Position numbers and translations under genes: made by a program. A stretch of 63,002 nt of DNA, counting the filler, from Octopus bimaculoides (Eukaryota): the NCBI RefSeq assembly GCF_001194135.2. It is 8 parts of 7 records of this genome, joined end to end, with 100 filler letters (N's around TTAATTAATTAA, not from the genome) between each part and the next. Parts side by side here need not be neighbours in the genome. Positions count along the whole stretch, not along the records: positions 1 to 17,228 come from NC_068988.1; 7 more parts are not named here. The stretch is one strand, 5' to 3'. The notes beneath the pieces were generated by a model. That model worked only from the letters and a program-made list of their open reading frames with translations. It was not told where the DNA came from and made no database searches. Shown here piece after piece: positions 1 through 13,008 of the stretch. Each line of letters opens with the position of its first letter. Position 1 is the stretch's first letter.

Positions 1-250
1 ATTGGATTTAACCAAACCCAGGAGGATACAGGTAATACCGAGTAAGTGCTGTATGCCGACTAGTTTGCCCCAGTCGTTGTATGAACAGGATTGGGTATTA
101 TAAGTCGTGTATTAGCGTGTGTATATGTAAATATATAAAAACAAAAAGATAAGGAGAGCAAATGTAAGGTTGGAGAAGTATTTTATGGATAGAGTATTAC
201 AGCTGTTTCTGGGAAGATCCAGTACTTCCCTTCATCGGAGACAGAAAAAA
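1..250 (-). mobile_element. Inverted PLE terminal-repeat-like segment with a hammerhead-like motif
   Basis: Minus strand reads CCGATGA-A-GGGAAG(tactggat)CTTCCC-A-GAAA-CAGCTG-TA, directly 5' of the GIY-YIG fragment and in the opposite orientation. Confidence 0.5.
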
Positions 251-261
251 TAAAGTAATCT

Positions 262-640
262 ATTATTATATCCATAGGCGACCGTGAAAAATCTATTACA
301 TAACTCTACTGCCACGTACATTGGTGCAACTATAAACTTTAAACATTGCTACGCAGCCCATATGCACTCTTTTAGATACGACAAACACAGTAAATCTGTA
401 GATTTACATTAGCCAATCATATTCATCACCTCAAAAACAAAAATACCCAATACAGCTTAAAACGGTCCATCTTAGATTCTGGAACTTCATACCAGAGCCA
501 GCGCTCCAATTGCAAGCTTTGCCTAACGGAGGCGTTCCATATTTTAAAATACAATTCTGCCACTCTATTTAATCGATATAACGAAGTGTTTAGCAACTGC
601 AACCACCGCGCTTTTCACACATTTAGGTTCTATCAGAAGC
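262..640 (+). mobile_element. Penelope-like element GIY-YIG endonuclease fragment (degenerate)
   Basis: ATVKNLLHNSTATYIGATINFKHCYAAHMHSFRY, then after a frameshift LANHIHHLKNKNTQYSLKRSIL..CKLCLTEAFHIL..LFNRYNEVFSNCNH. This fits the C-terminal endonuclease pattern of PLEs. Confidence 0.75.
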
Positions 641-1547
641 AAAATTGCACAAACGATCACGCAGCATAATCACACAACTCCCCACAGGCAACTTATTCAA
701 CCTGGCAAAAACATCCATCTTTCACCATCTTTTGAATAGGATTATTTCCTTTCGATCATCTCACCACACATATACCACCAAATCTATTTCTTCTATTCTC
801 AAATTCACAAGAACACCACCTACGCATACAGACTACGTCACTTCTTTCNNNNNNNNNNATCTATTTCTTCTATTCTCAAATTCACAAGAACACCACCTAC
901 GCATACAGACTACGTCACTTCTTTCAATCCCTTTCCACCGTCTATAAATAGGCTTGGCAGCATCCTAAAATATGATACTTCTAACTACCTTTCCCACCCA
1001 TCCCTTCCCTTTATCTCTGTTCTTGGTTTATCACTCATACCCCTACCACCTATACACTACACACACGCATTCCTTCCTACTCACTAGACATTTTAACCTC
1101 ATCCCCTATTCCTCCTTCACTCTATATACTCATCACCTCTACCCTGTTAAGACCAACTGACCATAAATATATCGCTACCATCCTCCGCCTCTATCTCTCC
1201 TCTATCCCTTTTCACATTCTGTCTTCATGACTTGACCTAATTACCGCTCACTTTTCACTTGACTTGGCCATTCTTCAAGTAAACAAGCAAAAATCCATCG
1301 CAATATGGAATATATGTACCTCTGCTATCTATGCTATATCAACTTNNNNNNNNNNNNNNNNNNNNNNNNNNNNNNNNNNNNNNNNNNNNNNNNNNNNNNN
1401 NNNNNNNNNNNNNNNNNNNNNNNNNNNNNNNNNNNNNNNNNNNNNNNNNNNNNNNNNNNNNNNNNNNNNNNNNNNNNNNNNNNNNNNNNNNNNNNNNNNN
1501 NNNNNNNNNNNNNNNNNNNNNNNNNNNNNNNNNNNNNNNNNNNNNNN

Positions 1548-1584
<37 letters not shown>

Positions 1585-1587
<3 letters not shown>

Positions 1588-1830
1588 AATATATGAGTAT
1601 ATGCATATATATGTACTTGTATGTATATACGTTCATCTACATGTATATATAGACACATAACTGGTTACATGACGTGGCAAAAAAACAAGGACAAAATGGT
1701 AAACAAGGTGCAACAAACAAGCAGGCCACATAGAAACACCCCTTCATCAGCTGCCACCATTAAAACTCCGGCGTTTCGAAGAATAAAGGCAGTACGCATC
1801 GTTAAAATGGTTCTTCCCATACATACATAC
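1585..1830 (-). repeat. Dispersed PLE-terminal-repeat-like family; related copies at 5490-5640 (+), 57050-57236 (+) and partly 61930-62008 (-)
   Basis: 57055-57236 is a close reverse complement of 1585-1745. The block taaaactcc..gtttcg is shared with 61940-61956. Confidence 0.7.
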
Positions 1831-2212
1831 ATATATATAAGTTTGCATGTATGTATATATATATATATGTATATAAATACATACATAATATATCGGTTTG
1901 TCCGGAAAGTTCGTGCCGAATTTTAATGGAAAGAAAAAGGTCAATAAATACTTGCCATTACATTCTTAATCAACCAAATATATACTATTTTGTAGCACAA
2001 TGCGTCTCCATCTTTCCATCAACTTGAAAATACCCTCTTCCCAGAATTGACGTGGTTACATGGCAAATAAGTCGAAAGGTAAGCTACTATAAATCGGCAC
2101 GAAATTTCCGGACAGCCCAATACATATATGCGTATATGTATGTATTAAAAGTATGCATGCATGTATATATATTTATATATATGTATATATCTATTTACAT
2201 ACATACATATAT

Positions 2213-2353
2213 AATCAAATTAAGCAACATGGATATCCAAAGGTAACGCAGTACGATCGTTTCATGCAACTCCATTGAATTGTTCAATTAAATGGAGTTG
2301 CATGAAACGATCCTTCTGCATTACCTCTGGATATCATATTTGCTTATTTCGAT
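2213..2353. repeat. Foldback palindrome with arms of about 60 bp
   Basis: gatcgtttcatgcaactccatt / aatggagttgcatgaaacgatc is a perfect core, extended by imperfect pairing. Confidence 0.85.
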
Positions 2354-2472
2354 TTTAATCACCTTACTTTGAAATTGTATGGATAATACCGTACTACAAA
2401 ATTCTGGTGCCTCAAACTAAGAACAATGTTCATCTGAATCTAAATATTTACACACACACACACACACACACA

Positions 2473-2599
<127 letters not shown>

Positions 2600-2928
2600 A
2601 TATATAAGTGTGTGTGCATGTCTGTGCGTGTACGTGTGTATGTGCGTGTGTGTGTAGTTTATTATAGAAGATAATACTAATCAACTTTGTGTATTATCAT
2701 CCCTGAATGTGTTGAACTTGTGAGCGAATTCATTAGATTTAACGTAGGAATATGAGGTGAGATATTTACTATACAAATGAATGATGATGTGTACAGATAT
2801 ACAGACACATACATAAATATATACACTTGATCGCATGCCATGTATATGTGTACGTACACTCACACACACACGCATATATAGATAGATAGATACATACAGA
2901 AGACTTACATACTTATTTGTGTGTGTAT

Positions 2929-2975
<47 letters not shown>

Positions 2976-3023
2976 ATTTTGGAAACGACATAATTGCTGA
3001 TGATAGTGTTAATGTGTCTGTGC

Positions 3024-3086
<63 letters not shown>

Positions 3087-4111
3087 TCCATGTGTACGTG
3101 CGTGATTGTGTGTGTCTGCTTGTGTGCATCTCTTCGAAAGTTCGCTTGGCGGATATATGGCTTCACTTGAGAAAAAGCATTAAAATATTTGAATGATTAA
3201 GAGATGTCGATGATGGGAATCAGCCAATATATATTCTCTAGAGAGATTTTGGAGATTTTTGCTAAATGAATTACTCTTAAATTTTGTTTTGCATTCGACT
3301 GCATACATACAAACATTTATACGTACATACAATCATGCATACATACATCCATATATATACATATATATATNNNNNNNNNNNNNNNNNNNNNNNNNNNNNN
3401 NNNNNNNNNNNNNNNNNNNNNNNNNNNNNNNNNNNNNNNNNNNNNNNNNNNNNNNNNNNNNNNNNNNNNNNNNNNNNNNNNNNNNNNNNNNNNNNNNNNN
3501 NNNNNNNNNNNNNNNNNNNNNNNNNNNNNNNNNNNNNNNNNNNNNNNNNNNNNNNNNNNNNNNNNNNNNNNNNNNNNNNNNNNNNNNNNNNNNNNNNNNN
3601 NNNNNNNNNNNNNNNNNNNNNNNNNNNNNNNNNNNNNNNNNNNNNNNNNNNNNNNNNNNNNNNNNNNNNNNNNNNNNNNNNNNNNNNNNNNNNNNNNNNN
3701 NNNNNNNNNNNNNNNNNNNNNNNNNNNNNNNNNNNNNNNNNNNNNNNNNNNNNNNNNNNNNNNNNNNNNNNNNNNNNNNNNNNNNNNNNNNNNNNNNNNN
3801 NNNNNNNNNNNNNNNNNNNNNNNNNNNNNNNNNNNNNNNNNNNNNNNNNNNNNNNNNNNNNNNNNNNNNNNNNNNNNNNNNNNNNNNNNNNNNNNNNNNN
3901 NNNNNNNNNNNNNNNNNNNNNNNNNNNNNNNNNNNNNNNNNNNNNNNNNNNNNNNNNNNNNNNNNNNNNNNNNNNNNNNNNNNNNNNNNNNNNNNNNNNN
4001 NNNNNNNNNNNNNNNNNNNNNNNNNNNNNNNNNNNNNNNNNNNNNNNNNNNNNNNNNNNNNNNNNNNNNNNNNNNNNNNNNNNNNNNNNNNNNNNNNNNN
4101 NNNNNNTATAT

Positions 4112-4147
<36 letters not shown>

Positions 4148-5623
4148 GTAGATAGATAGATAGATAGATAGATTAGTTATATTGATTGTATAGGTACCAG
4201 GCTCAAGAACATGGAAAATGAGTACTGGAGTCAATTCATTGCAGTAAAATTATTGAAGGTAGTGTCACAGTCTAATGACTGAAATAGCCAAAGTTATAAA
4301 AGGATATGGTTATATATGTATATATAGGCCAATAGGATAATTTGCAGACTTTTAAGAAATATATTCTGGGCTGTCCATATTGTACTAAAAGTTCTGCAAG
4401 GCGGTGCTCCAGCATGGCCGTAGCGAGGATTTATGGTAAGAAGCTTGCTTCTCAAACACTTGGTTAGGAGTTCACTCTCATTGCATGGCACCTGGAGCAA
4501 GGGTTTCCTAATATTGCTTCGGGTCGACCAAATTCGGATTTGATACATGGCGACTAAAAGAAGCCCACCGTATATATCTTTCAGTTTCTGTCTACCAAAT
4601 CCACTCACAAGGCTTTGGTCAGCCGGAGGCTATAGTAGAATACACTTGCCAAAGATGCAACGCAGTGGGACTGAACTCAGAACCATATCGTTGGTAAGCA
4701 AGCTACTTACCACACATCCACTCCATATATATATATACATATATATATNNNNNNNNNNNNNNNNNNNNNNNNNNNNNNNNNNNNNNNNNNNNNNNNNNNN
4801 NNNNNNNNNNNNNNNNNNNNNNNNNNNNNNNNNNNNNNNNNNNNNNNNNNNNNNNNNNNNNNNNNNNNNNNNNNNNNNNNNNNNNNNNNNNNNNNNNNNN
4901 NNNNNNNNNNNNNNNNNNNNNNNNNNNNNNNNNNNNNNNNNNNNNNNNNNNNNNNNNNNNNNNNNNNNNNNNNNNNNNNNNNNNNNNNNNNNNNNNNNNN
5001 NNNNNNNNNNNNNNNNNNNNNNNNNNNNNNNNNNNNNNNNNNNNNNNNNNNNNNNNNNNNNNNNNNNNNNNNNNNNNNNNNNNNNNNNNNNNNNNNNNNN
5101 NNNNNNNNNNNNNNNNNNNNNNNNNNNNNNNNNNNNNNNNNNNNNNNNNNNNNNNNNNNNNNNNNNNNNNNNNNNNNNNNNNNNNNNNNNNNNNNNNNNN
5201 NNNNNNNNNNNNNNNNNNNNNNNNNNNNNNNNNNNNNNNNNNNNNNNNNNNNNNNNNNNNNNNNNNNNNNNNNNNNNNNNNNNNNNNNNNNNNNNNNNNN
5301 NNNNNNNNNNNNNNNNNNNNNNNNNNNNNNNNNNNNNNNNNNNNNNNNNNNNNNNNNNNNNNNNNNNNNNNNNNNNNNNNNNNNNNNNNNNNNNNNNNNN
5401 NNNNNNNNNNNNNNNNNNNNNNNNNNNNNNNNNNNNNNNNNNNNNNNNNNNNNNNNNNNNNNNNNNNNNNNNNNNNNNNNNNNNNNNNCTCTATGTGGCT
5501 TGTGTGTTTTCTCGTCTACGTTTTGTTTGCAATGTCCTGTACCCAGATATGCACCTATACATACAGGTGGATGTCGGTACGCACATACCTGTACGTATAT
5601 ATGCATATACTCATTTACTATTT

Positions 5624-5662
<39 letters not shown>

Positions 5663-8600
5663 TATGTGTGTGTGTGTGAAGGAGCGTGTTTGTGTGTTTG
5701 TGTTTGTCCTCCCATGGCCATTTGACAACCATAGCTTAGCGGTTCAGCAAAACAGGCCAATAGGATAATTTGCAGACTTTTAAGAAGTAAATTCTTGGCT
5801 GTCCATATTGTACTAAAAGTTCTGCAAGGCGGTGCTCCACCATGGCCGTAGTTTAATGACTGAAACGATTATAAGGAAATACACACACACACACATGCTG
5901 AATCTTACAAATGTCATAGGTCACATGTGTGTTAGTGTGTGTTTGTATGTTGATGTCATATCGTAAAAATTTTCGAGAGACCGTGAAATAAGTCCTTTTG
6001 TGAGCAACGTATCTCGAAGTAAATAAAGCTCTGAACATTAACCTGTAAATAATGAGTTGAAAGCCGCTTTTTCAAAAAAGGAAATAATGATACATCCAAA
6101 AACTATCTCTTAGGATCTCAATTACGCCCATTTGCACGAAGGGAAATTTTTGCGTTCCATTAATAGAACAGCATAAAATATATAACAGACTAAATACTGG
6201 TTTCGTTGAAATTGTGTGATATCACCACAGAAGGGCGTTCCATGCTAGAGTTGGAAGCCAGTAAAGGAATAAACGAATTAAAGAATACGTTGCAAGCCAC
6301 TTGAATCAGAATAAGAATCAATGCTGAAACGCCTGATTACATATACGCTAAAAAATGCCAATAAGATTTAAAAACAAAATATTCTAACCATGCAAAAATA
6401 TAAATCTGCTGTAAAGAAAAGATTAATTCTAAAACGTGTTATGGGTGGCTAATGGTTCGGTTAATCATACTAATTCATCAATAACTGAGAATTTATGCCA
6501 CTAGCAAAACATTCGATTTTCCGGTGTCAAACCAGCTGCCATGAGTTAACACTTTCAGCTTTATACGTTTACTATTATTTATTAGCAAAGCTTTTAACGT
6601 CTTCATAAATTTTCGTTCCTCACTTCGTATATTTCCCTTGGCTTTGTGTTCACCCTCCAATCATTGATTTACATTTAAACTTATAAGATAAAATATAAGA
6701 GACGAGAAATATGCCTACAGACATAACATTCTTTTGTGCATTAAATATAGAGATTTGAACGAATAGGAATTAAATCGCTTTTCCCCCGTAGAACAAAAAT
6801 ATAAGATAAGAATACTTCGTAATTACATGTAAACAGGAATTACACAACAGAACATAAAAAAATATTTATAATATATTCTCCTAATCTATGCAGCATCTTT
6901 CAACAAATTACTTAAATTTTAAGAATCTTTTAGAGAAAGATCCTATTTTAACCTACAGGAATATGAACACGCGAGCGAAGGATTGACTTGCTGAATTAAG
7001 CTGATCCTTCCTCAAGGTACGTTGAAATATGTTTCTGATTTAGATGAGCAACCGAGTATTTAATGCAAAGCTTACATATAGAATATTATGCAAATACCAC
7101 GCTCATGTATTCCATATATTTTACTCATGTGTCTACGCATGTTACTACTCATATAGATTTACATATTTCTACACACATTGCCGATGAGATAGCTTTACAT
7201 AATTTTACCCATATTCTTACTCATATAGCTTTACGTACATTTACACATAATACTACAGATATCGCTTGTTTCTGTTTAGCTCCATGGCCATTTCTTATCA
7301 AACAGAATACGAATTCGATGAGCATTATGCTACAATGTTTATCAAATGATTTAGAGAAGCATATGGATGTGAATGAGATTGTAACCTTGGAATTGTATGA
7401 ACTGCAGTATCTTCAATCTTAGATTACGTTGTTTAGTATATTTATCTGTAGGTTCATTACATACTGTAAGATGATGTCATATATATATATATANNNNNNN
7501 NNNNNNNNNNNNNNNNNNNNNNNNNNNNNNNNNNNNNNNNNTATATATGTATGTATGTATGCACGTGTGTATGCATGCGCGTGTGTATATATGCACGTGT
7601 GTATGTATGCAGGTAAATGTTTGCTGTATGTACGTTTTTGCGTGTTTTAGTACTGTAATTGATTGACCCATCCTAAAGCAATTTAGAATGCATAGAAAAG
7701 ATCTTAGATTCGAGAGAATATTAGCTACTTTTATTTAGCGCCGTCAAATCGAGGACAGTGACACTTCGTCATGTTACAATAGTGTACTTTGATTTTATTA
7801 TATAAGCAAGGAGGAAGCATTTCTCGGGCTCGGGGCTTTTCGTTTCAAAAGTCGCAGGAATAGATGACCGTGTTCTCGAGTTATCGTAAGACGTTACTGG
7901 AAGAAACAATTTCATGTCTGGAACTACTGAAAGTCTCAAAAGAGGAAACACCACGTGAAATGTTACACCTGCGTTATGTCTTACGTTTTTTTTGTATCTT
8001 GAAGAAGTAGAACAAAATAGATTTGGATGAGAATTCCATAATGCATGCATTGTGAAGATCGACGCAAAGGGGGCGTAACAATTCAATGCGTTGTCTGCCA
8101 GCGTACTGCTGAGGGGACCATATAGATAATTCAATTTTTAACGGGATCAAGCGAATATGCCTGGATGCAGTTCAACTGATAGAATATATCCATACTCTTT
8201 CTTTGCATCTCAACATTCATTGTGATTTCTATAACGATCATACAGGATTTGCGTTCCTCTTTCAGATTCATGAATTTCGCAGATTCGGTGAATTCCGTGG
8301 GGTGGTATTCGCCGTGTAAATATATGTTGTTGATAGGAGAAGGTTCTTTGTTGGTCAAAATGACATATTGAACGTGTATCCCAGTATTTATTCCCCATCA
8401 AATGAAATTAATAAAACAAACAAAATTCTTATATATACATATTTGCATTTTACGGAAACATCATTATTAGCACTACGTCCCACATTAGTCATTAGATGTT
8501 TCGCTTTTAAAGAAAACTATACGAAAATCTCTTGAGCTCAACCACTTATCTTCAATGAAGTTTCGTAGTATAATAAAAAGGAAATATAAAGAAATATATA

Positions 8601-8840
8601 TATCGTTAGAATCAAAATACGAATATAATATGGGAAGTCGATATAAGCTGTCCCATCAGAACATTATTAAGAGGTATTTAGCCACATCTGATGATATTCA
8701 GTTGCGCAAAGTTTGCATAGAAGTTTTTTCCATTAGTGAAACAGAATATCTCTGAAGATAATATTCCTCTTTACTGAACAATATGCTTTATATTTGAATT
8801 TCAGTTAAAGCCAGCATGAAATGTGTACATGCTTTATATA

Positions 8841-8871
<31 letters not shown>

Positions 8872-9627
8872 NNNNNNNNNNNNNNNNNNNNNNNNNNNNN
8901 NNNNNNNNNNNNNNNNNNNNNNNNNNNNNNNNNNNNNNNNNNNNNNNNNNNNNNNNNNNNNNNNNNNNNNNNNNNNNNNNNNNNNNNNNNNNNNNNNNNN
9001 NNNNNNNNNNNNNNTATATATATGAGTGTGTGTGTATATATCAATGCATACATATACATACACACAAAAACACACACATATAAGTATATACATATACATA
9101 TGTATTTATATTTATATTGGAGAGGTTTCTTGTTTCTATTTCTTTCTGTTCGCTGTTCGCATTTGATATATTATGCAATTTATCTTTTTGAATTTTTTAC
9201 GATCGATTTAGTTTCTTTTATATTGCATGTTACAGAAATATTAGAATCACTCAAAATGTCTAAAAGATGTAATAAAATTCGTCTACATCTCAAGATTTCA
9301 ATGGTATACATGTTCGCTCGTCTTCTCCCTTTACCTCTCTCTCACGATGGAAATGTGTGCGCGTAGACGTGTGTGAGCGTATATATGTTCGAGCTCTTTT
9401 TACGTGTATTATTGGATGTGTGTGTGCGTGTGTCTGCGTGCGCGTATGTGTACATGTATGTCACTTGTGTGTACTATGCTTATTTAGATATAATAACGTG
9501 CAAACAGGAAAAGTATCCAGTTCAAAATGTAAGTCTGTGTTTATGCATACACACATGCACACACGCTCGCACAGGCGCACATGTACACACACCCATACAC
9601 ACACACATACACACACACACACACACA

Positions 9628-9658
<31 letters not shown>

Positions 9659-10113
9659 CATATATACATATATACTCGCGGATACTGTGAAAGACACAGC
9701 TTTTACACATATATGTACTGAGACAGATAGATAGATAGATAGACTGGTAGTTATATGTATCAGTAAATGGCTCCAATTAAAGCTTCTAGGAAATGTATAT
9801 CATTGACAAATATAATAAAGATAGTATATGCCTTTTGTATGACTTGGATTACCAGAATATCTCTTGGTAATTAATTCCCTAAGTTTCATATTGAGTTCAA
9901 ACCCTGCTTATGTGGCCATAATCTTTTAAACATCTCGATCAAGAATATATAAGTGCTTTGTTTTTCCCACTTAGTCAACGAGAGATGACACGGACTAAAC
10001 TTCGTCAATATTTGGCGTCTTGATATAGACAATCAACGAAGTACGGACTGGTATTATAGTATATAAGAAGGAAATGAAGTGAGCTGATAATAATTAAATA
10101 CAATTTCAATTTA

Positions 10114-10326
10114 CGAGAGGATGCTGAAAAGTTTCCAGCTTTGGCCAAAAGAAAATACAGTAGGGTCAGTTATGATTTTATTCGACTTATTTCCCTCTCA
10201 GATTCCCATATTTATTCCAGCAGTTCTTCAGTTTTACTAAGCCATGTAAATGAATTCGGAAGGTTGGGCCTCTAGCCTGGCCTTTCGCGATACCCTTAAA
10301 ACCAGGAACTTTTCAGCACTGCTTCG
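10114..10326. mobile_element. mariner-type MITE with TA target duplication
   Basis: TA|CGAGAGGATGCTGAAAAGTTTCC ... GGAACTTTTCAGCACTGCTTCG|TA. Imperfect TIRs of about 24 bp; 213 bp, non-coding. Confidence 0.8.
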
Positions 10327-12938
10327 TATCCAGACCTTGCTTGCAAATTTATAAATATTTTGGCTTTTAATTTTCTCACCATAACATTTACTGTTTCTGA
10401 ATCTGATGGTGACACTGCATTATCTATCTTTTGCAGTTATATTTTTTATCCTCACCGAATTAACTAACCCTACAGTAACATTCCTATTGTTTTGTTTTTT
10501 TTATGTAGATGATGTATCTGAGTCAATCATTCTTTAAACGATTCATAGATGGTTTCCGATTTTCTTTTACTTGTCATAAAACCTACGCTTGATAATCAAA
10601 CTGTTTTCCAGATGGGTGTTAACTATTCGAGAACTAGTAATATGATGTTTCTTTGCACCGATGCTGAGTCTGTGTATTAATTTGGTATTTAAATGGTTGT
10701 TTAGAATAAATGTGAGTGTATCTTTATTATAGTTAAGTGTTCGCTATGTGCTAGTAACTTGGCTGAAACTTCAAAATTATCAAGCATAGCATTTGTAGAT
10801 AATCTGAACACCGTTATTTTGTGAGCTATATCTTCTAGAAAGTGATTTCTATTTTAGTACTGGAAACTTCTGTTTATTGTTTTCTTTTTTCGGATGGTCT
10901 AGCTCTTGCTATGGCTTTTGGTTCATTGAGGCAATTTGAGTAGAATGTCCTATGGGTGCTTATACATGAGACGATATCCGAAAGATATTGAAACCATGAA
11001 CCTTTTGCATATTCACTAGAACTTGCGTTTACTTTAGACACTGTATTTTACGCTTGTTAATTTGACAGACTTTTGGCTGATGCTTGCAACATATAGGCAT
11101 GAAATGTGTAGCATGTTTTGTTTCTCCTTCTTTTATCATATATGGGTTCCACTACCTATTGAAGACTAAACATATTTGCCACCGTGCTGCAATCGCTGCA
11201 TCAGTAAAACATTTCAGCAATACCTTTCTCCAATTATTCACATTACACCTTGACATCTTAAAGATGCGAGCGAGGAATGTCAACTGACGTAGTTTATATG
11301 ATGATCAATCGGAGAATTGTAAACGATCATGGTCTGAAAGTCTCGAAATACAATTCATTCAATTCATGGCTGTCATTGCATTAAACAACAAAAAATGTCA
11401 ACAGCAGTCACAATAGGAAACTATAATTGTTACAAACTGAAATTTCAAACGTTCATGTTACGTCCGTCAGGCAATATGGAATCAATTATTTTGTTGCCGT
11501 ATTTTAAACAAATCGTGCACGGTAAGGCATGGAAGATATTTTATGACGTCCATTATATTTTGACTTCAAGTAAATAACAGTGATATAAACACGACCGATT
11601 TTTGCCTGCAAGATATATTTAACATCGTTGCTACTGATTCACAGATCATTAAGAAGATTTCATAAAAGACGAAAGAATGTTTAAGGACATTGACACAGAG
11701 GTCAGTGTGACCTAACTCGTTTCTCGATCTATGTTACTGACTATGCTGAGAGAAATCTTTGGTATTGAATAACGTACGTCGAAAATCAAGCTTTAGTCTT
11801 ATCGGCAATCCAGCCCATCCATAACCAAAGGCTTTCCGGCATTGAGCTATCGATAGGTGAGGATGCAAGTCGATTACATCAAACCATGTGATTAACTGGT
11901 ACTTATTTTATCGATCTCAAAAGGATGAAAGACAATCTCAACCTCCATATTTGAAATCAGGAGGGAGGAAACGCTGCTCAACGCTTTTATCCAAGAGTAC
12001 ATTATAAAAAAAAAAAACGTATTCTATAGCATTAAAGTATTATAGATTTCTAAGTTGTAATTTGAAGGATAGTTCGCTGTTATCTCGCAAAGAATGATTG
12101 ACTGCTTAAAGGTTCCTTCGTTTGTTGCTCGTGGTTGTTATAACAATGCAGTGTAGTAGCTGAAAATTCAATTAATTTCTATGAATGTCTAACCATTTTC
12201 AAACGAAAATGGCACGAAATATTTTAGAAATTACAATCAAATGTCGCTCCATAATATTTTAAAACGGAAGTTCACAAGAGCAAAATGTCTAAGAAAAACT
12301 TCACTTGAATTTAGACGGGAATGACCTCAGAACCAACATTGATAATTATTATTCTAACTTTCGGTTAAGCATTAACAACATTTATATTAGTCTAAAATTT
12401 TGGCATCAGGCCAGCAATTTTGTATGAGGAGCGACGTCGATTACATCAACATCTGTGCCGCAACTGGTACTTATCTTATCGACTCTGAGGGTGAAGCAAA
12501 GTCTACCCTGCTGGCATTGCCGCTCGGCATTTTGCCCGGTATGCTACCGATTCTGACAGCTCAACACCTTATTAACAAAAATTGTATTGATAGCACGACA
12601 ACGGTAATATATTGTGTTCAATTAAAATGACATTCACATTCAGCTACACATCACTGCNNNNNNNNNNATATGTATGTGTGTGTGTGTGTGTGTGTATTTA
12701 TGTACGTATATATATTGACTTCAAATTTTGACACAGAAGCAGCTATTTCAAGGAGGAGATAAGTGAATTACTTCGAACCCAGGACTAAATTGGGAATTAT
12801 TTTATGACCACCGAAAGAATGCATAGCACAGGTGATCTCGGTGGATTTTGAACTCAGCAGGTGAAGACTGACGAAATGCGGCTAAGCATTTTTCACCCAG
12901 CATGGCAACGTTCTTGCCAGCTCACTAGCCTAGGTTTT

Positions 12939-13008
12939 ATAAATATATGGTAGTTATAGATATATGGTAGTTATAAATATATGGTAGTTATAAATATATA
13001 GTAGTTGT
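12939..13008. repeat. 17 bp minisatellite, about 4 copies (ATATATGGTAGTTATAA)
   Basis: Tandem copies directly visible. Confidence 0.85.

Noticed and set aside
781-925. 67 bp exact duplication on either side of a 10-N gap
   Set aside because: Typical unmerged contig overlap.
7063-7422. ORF with xxTH 4-aa periodicity
   Set aside because: A degenerate 12 bp low-complexity repeat explains it; no recognisable protein family.
7769-8755. Several 60-120 aa ORFs in non-repetitive sequence
   Set aside because: No recognisable motifs and no consistent splice phases; compatible with chance.
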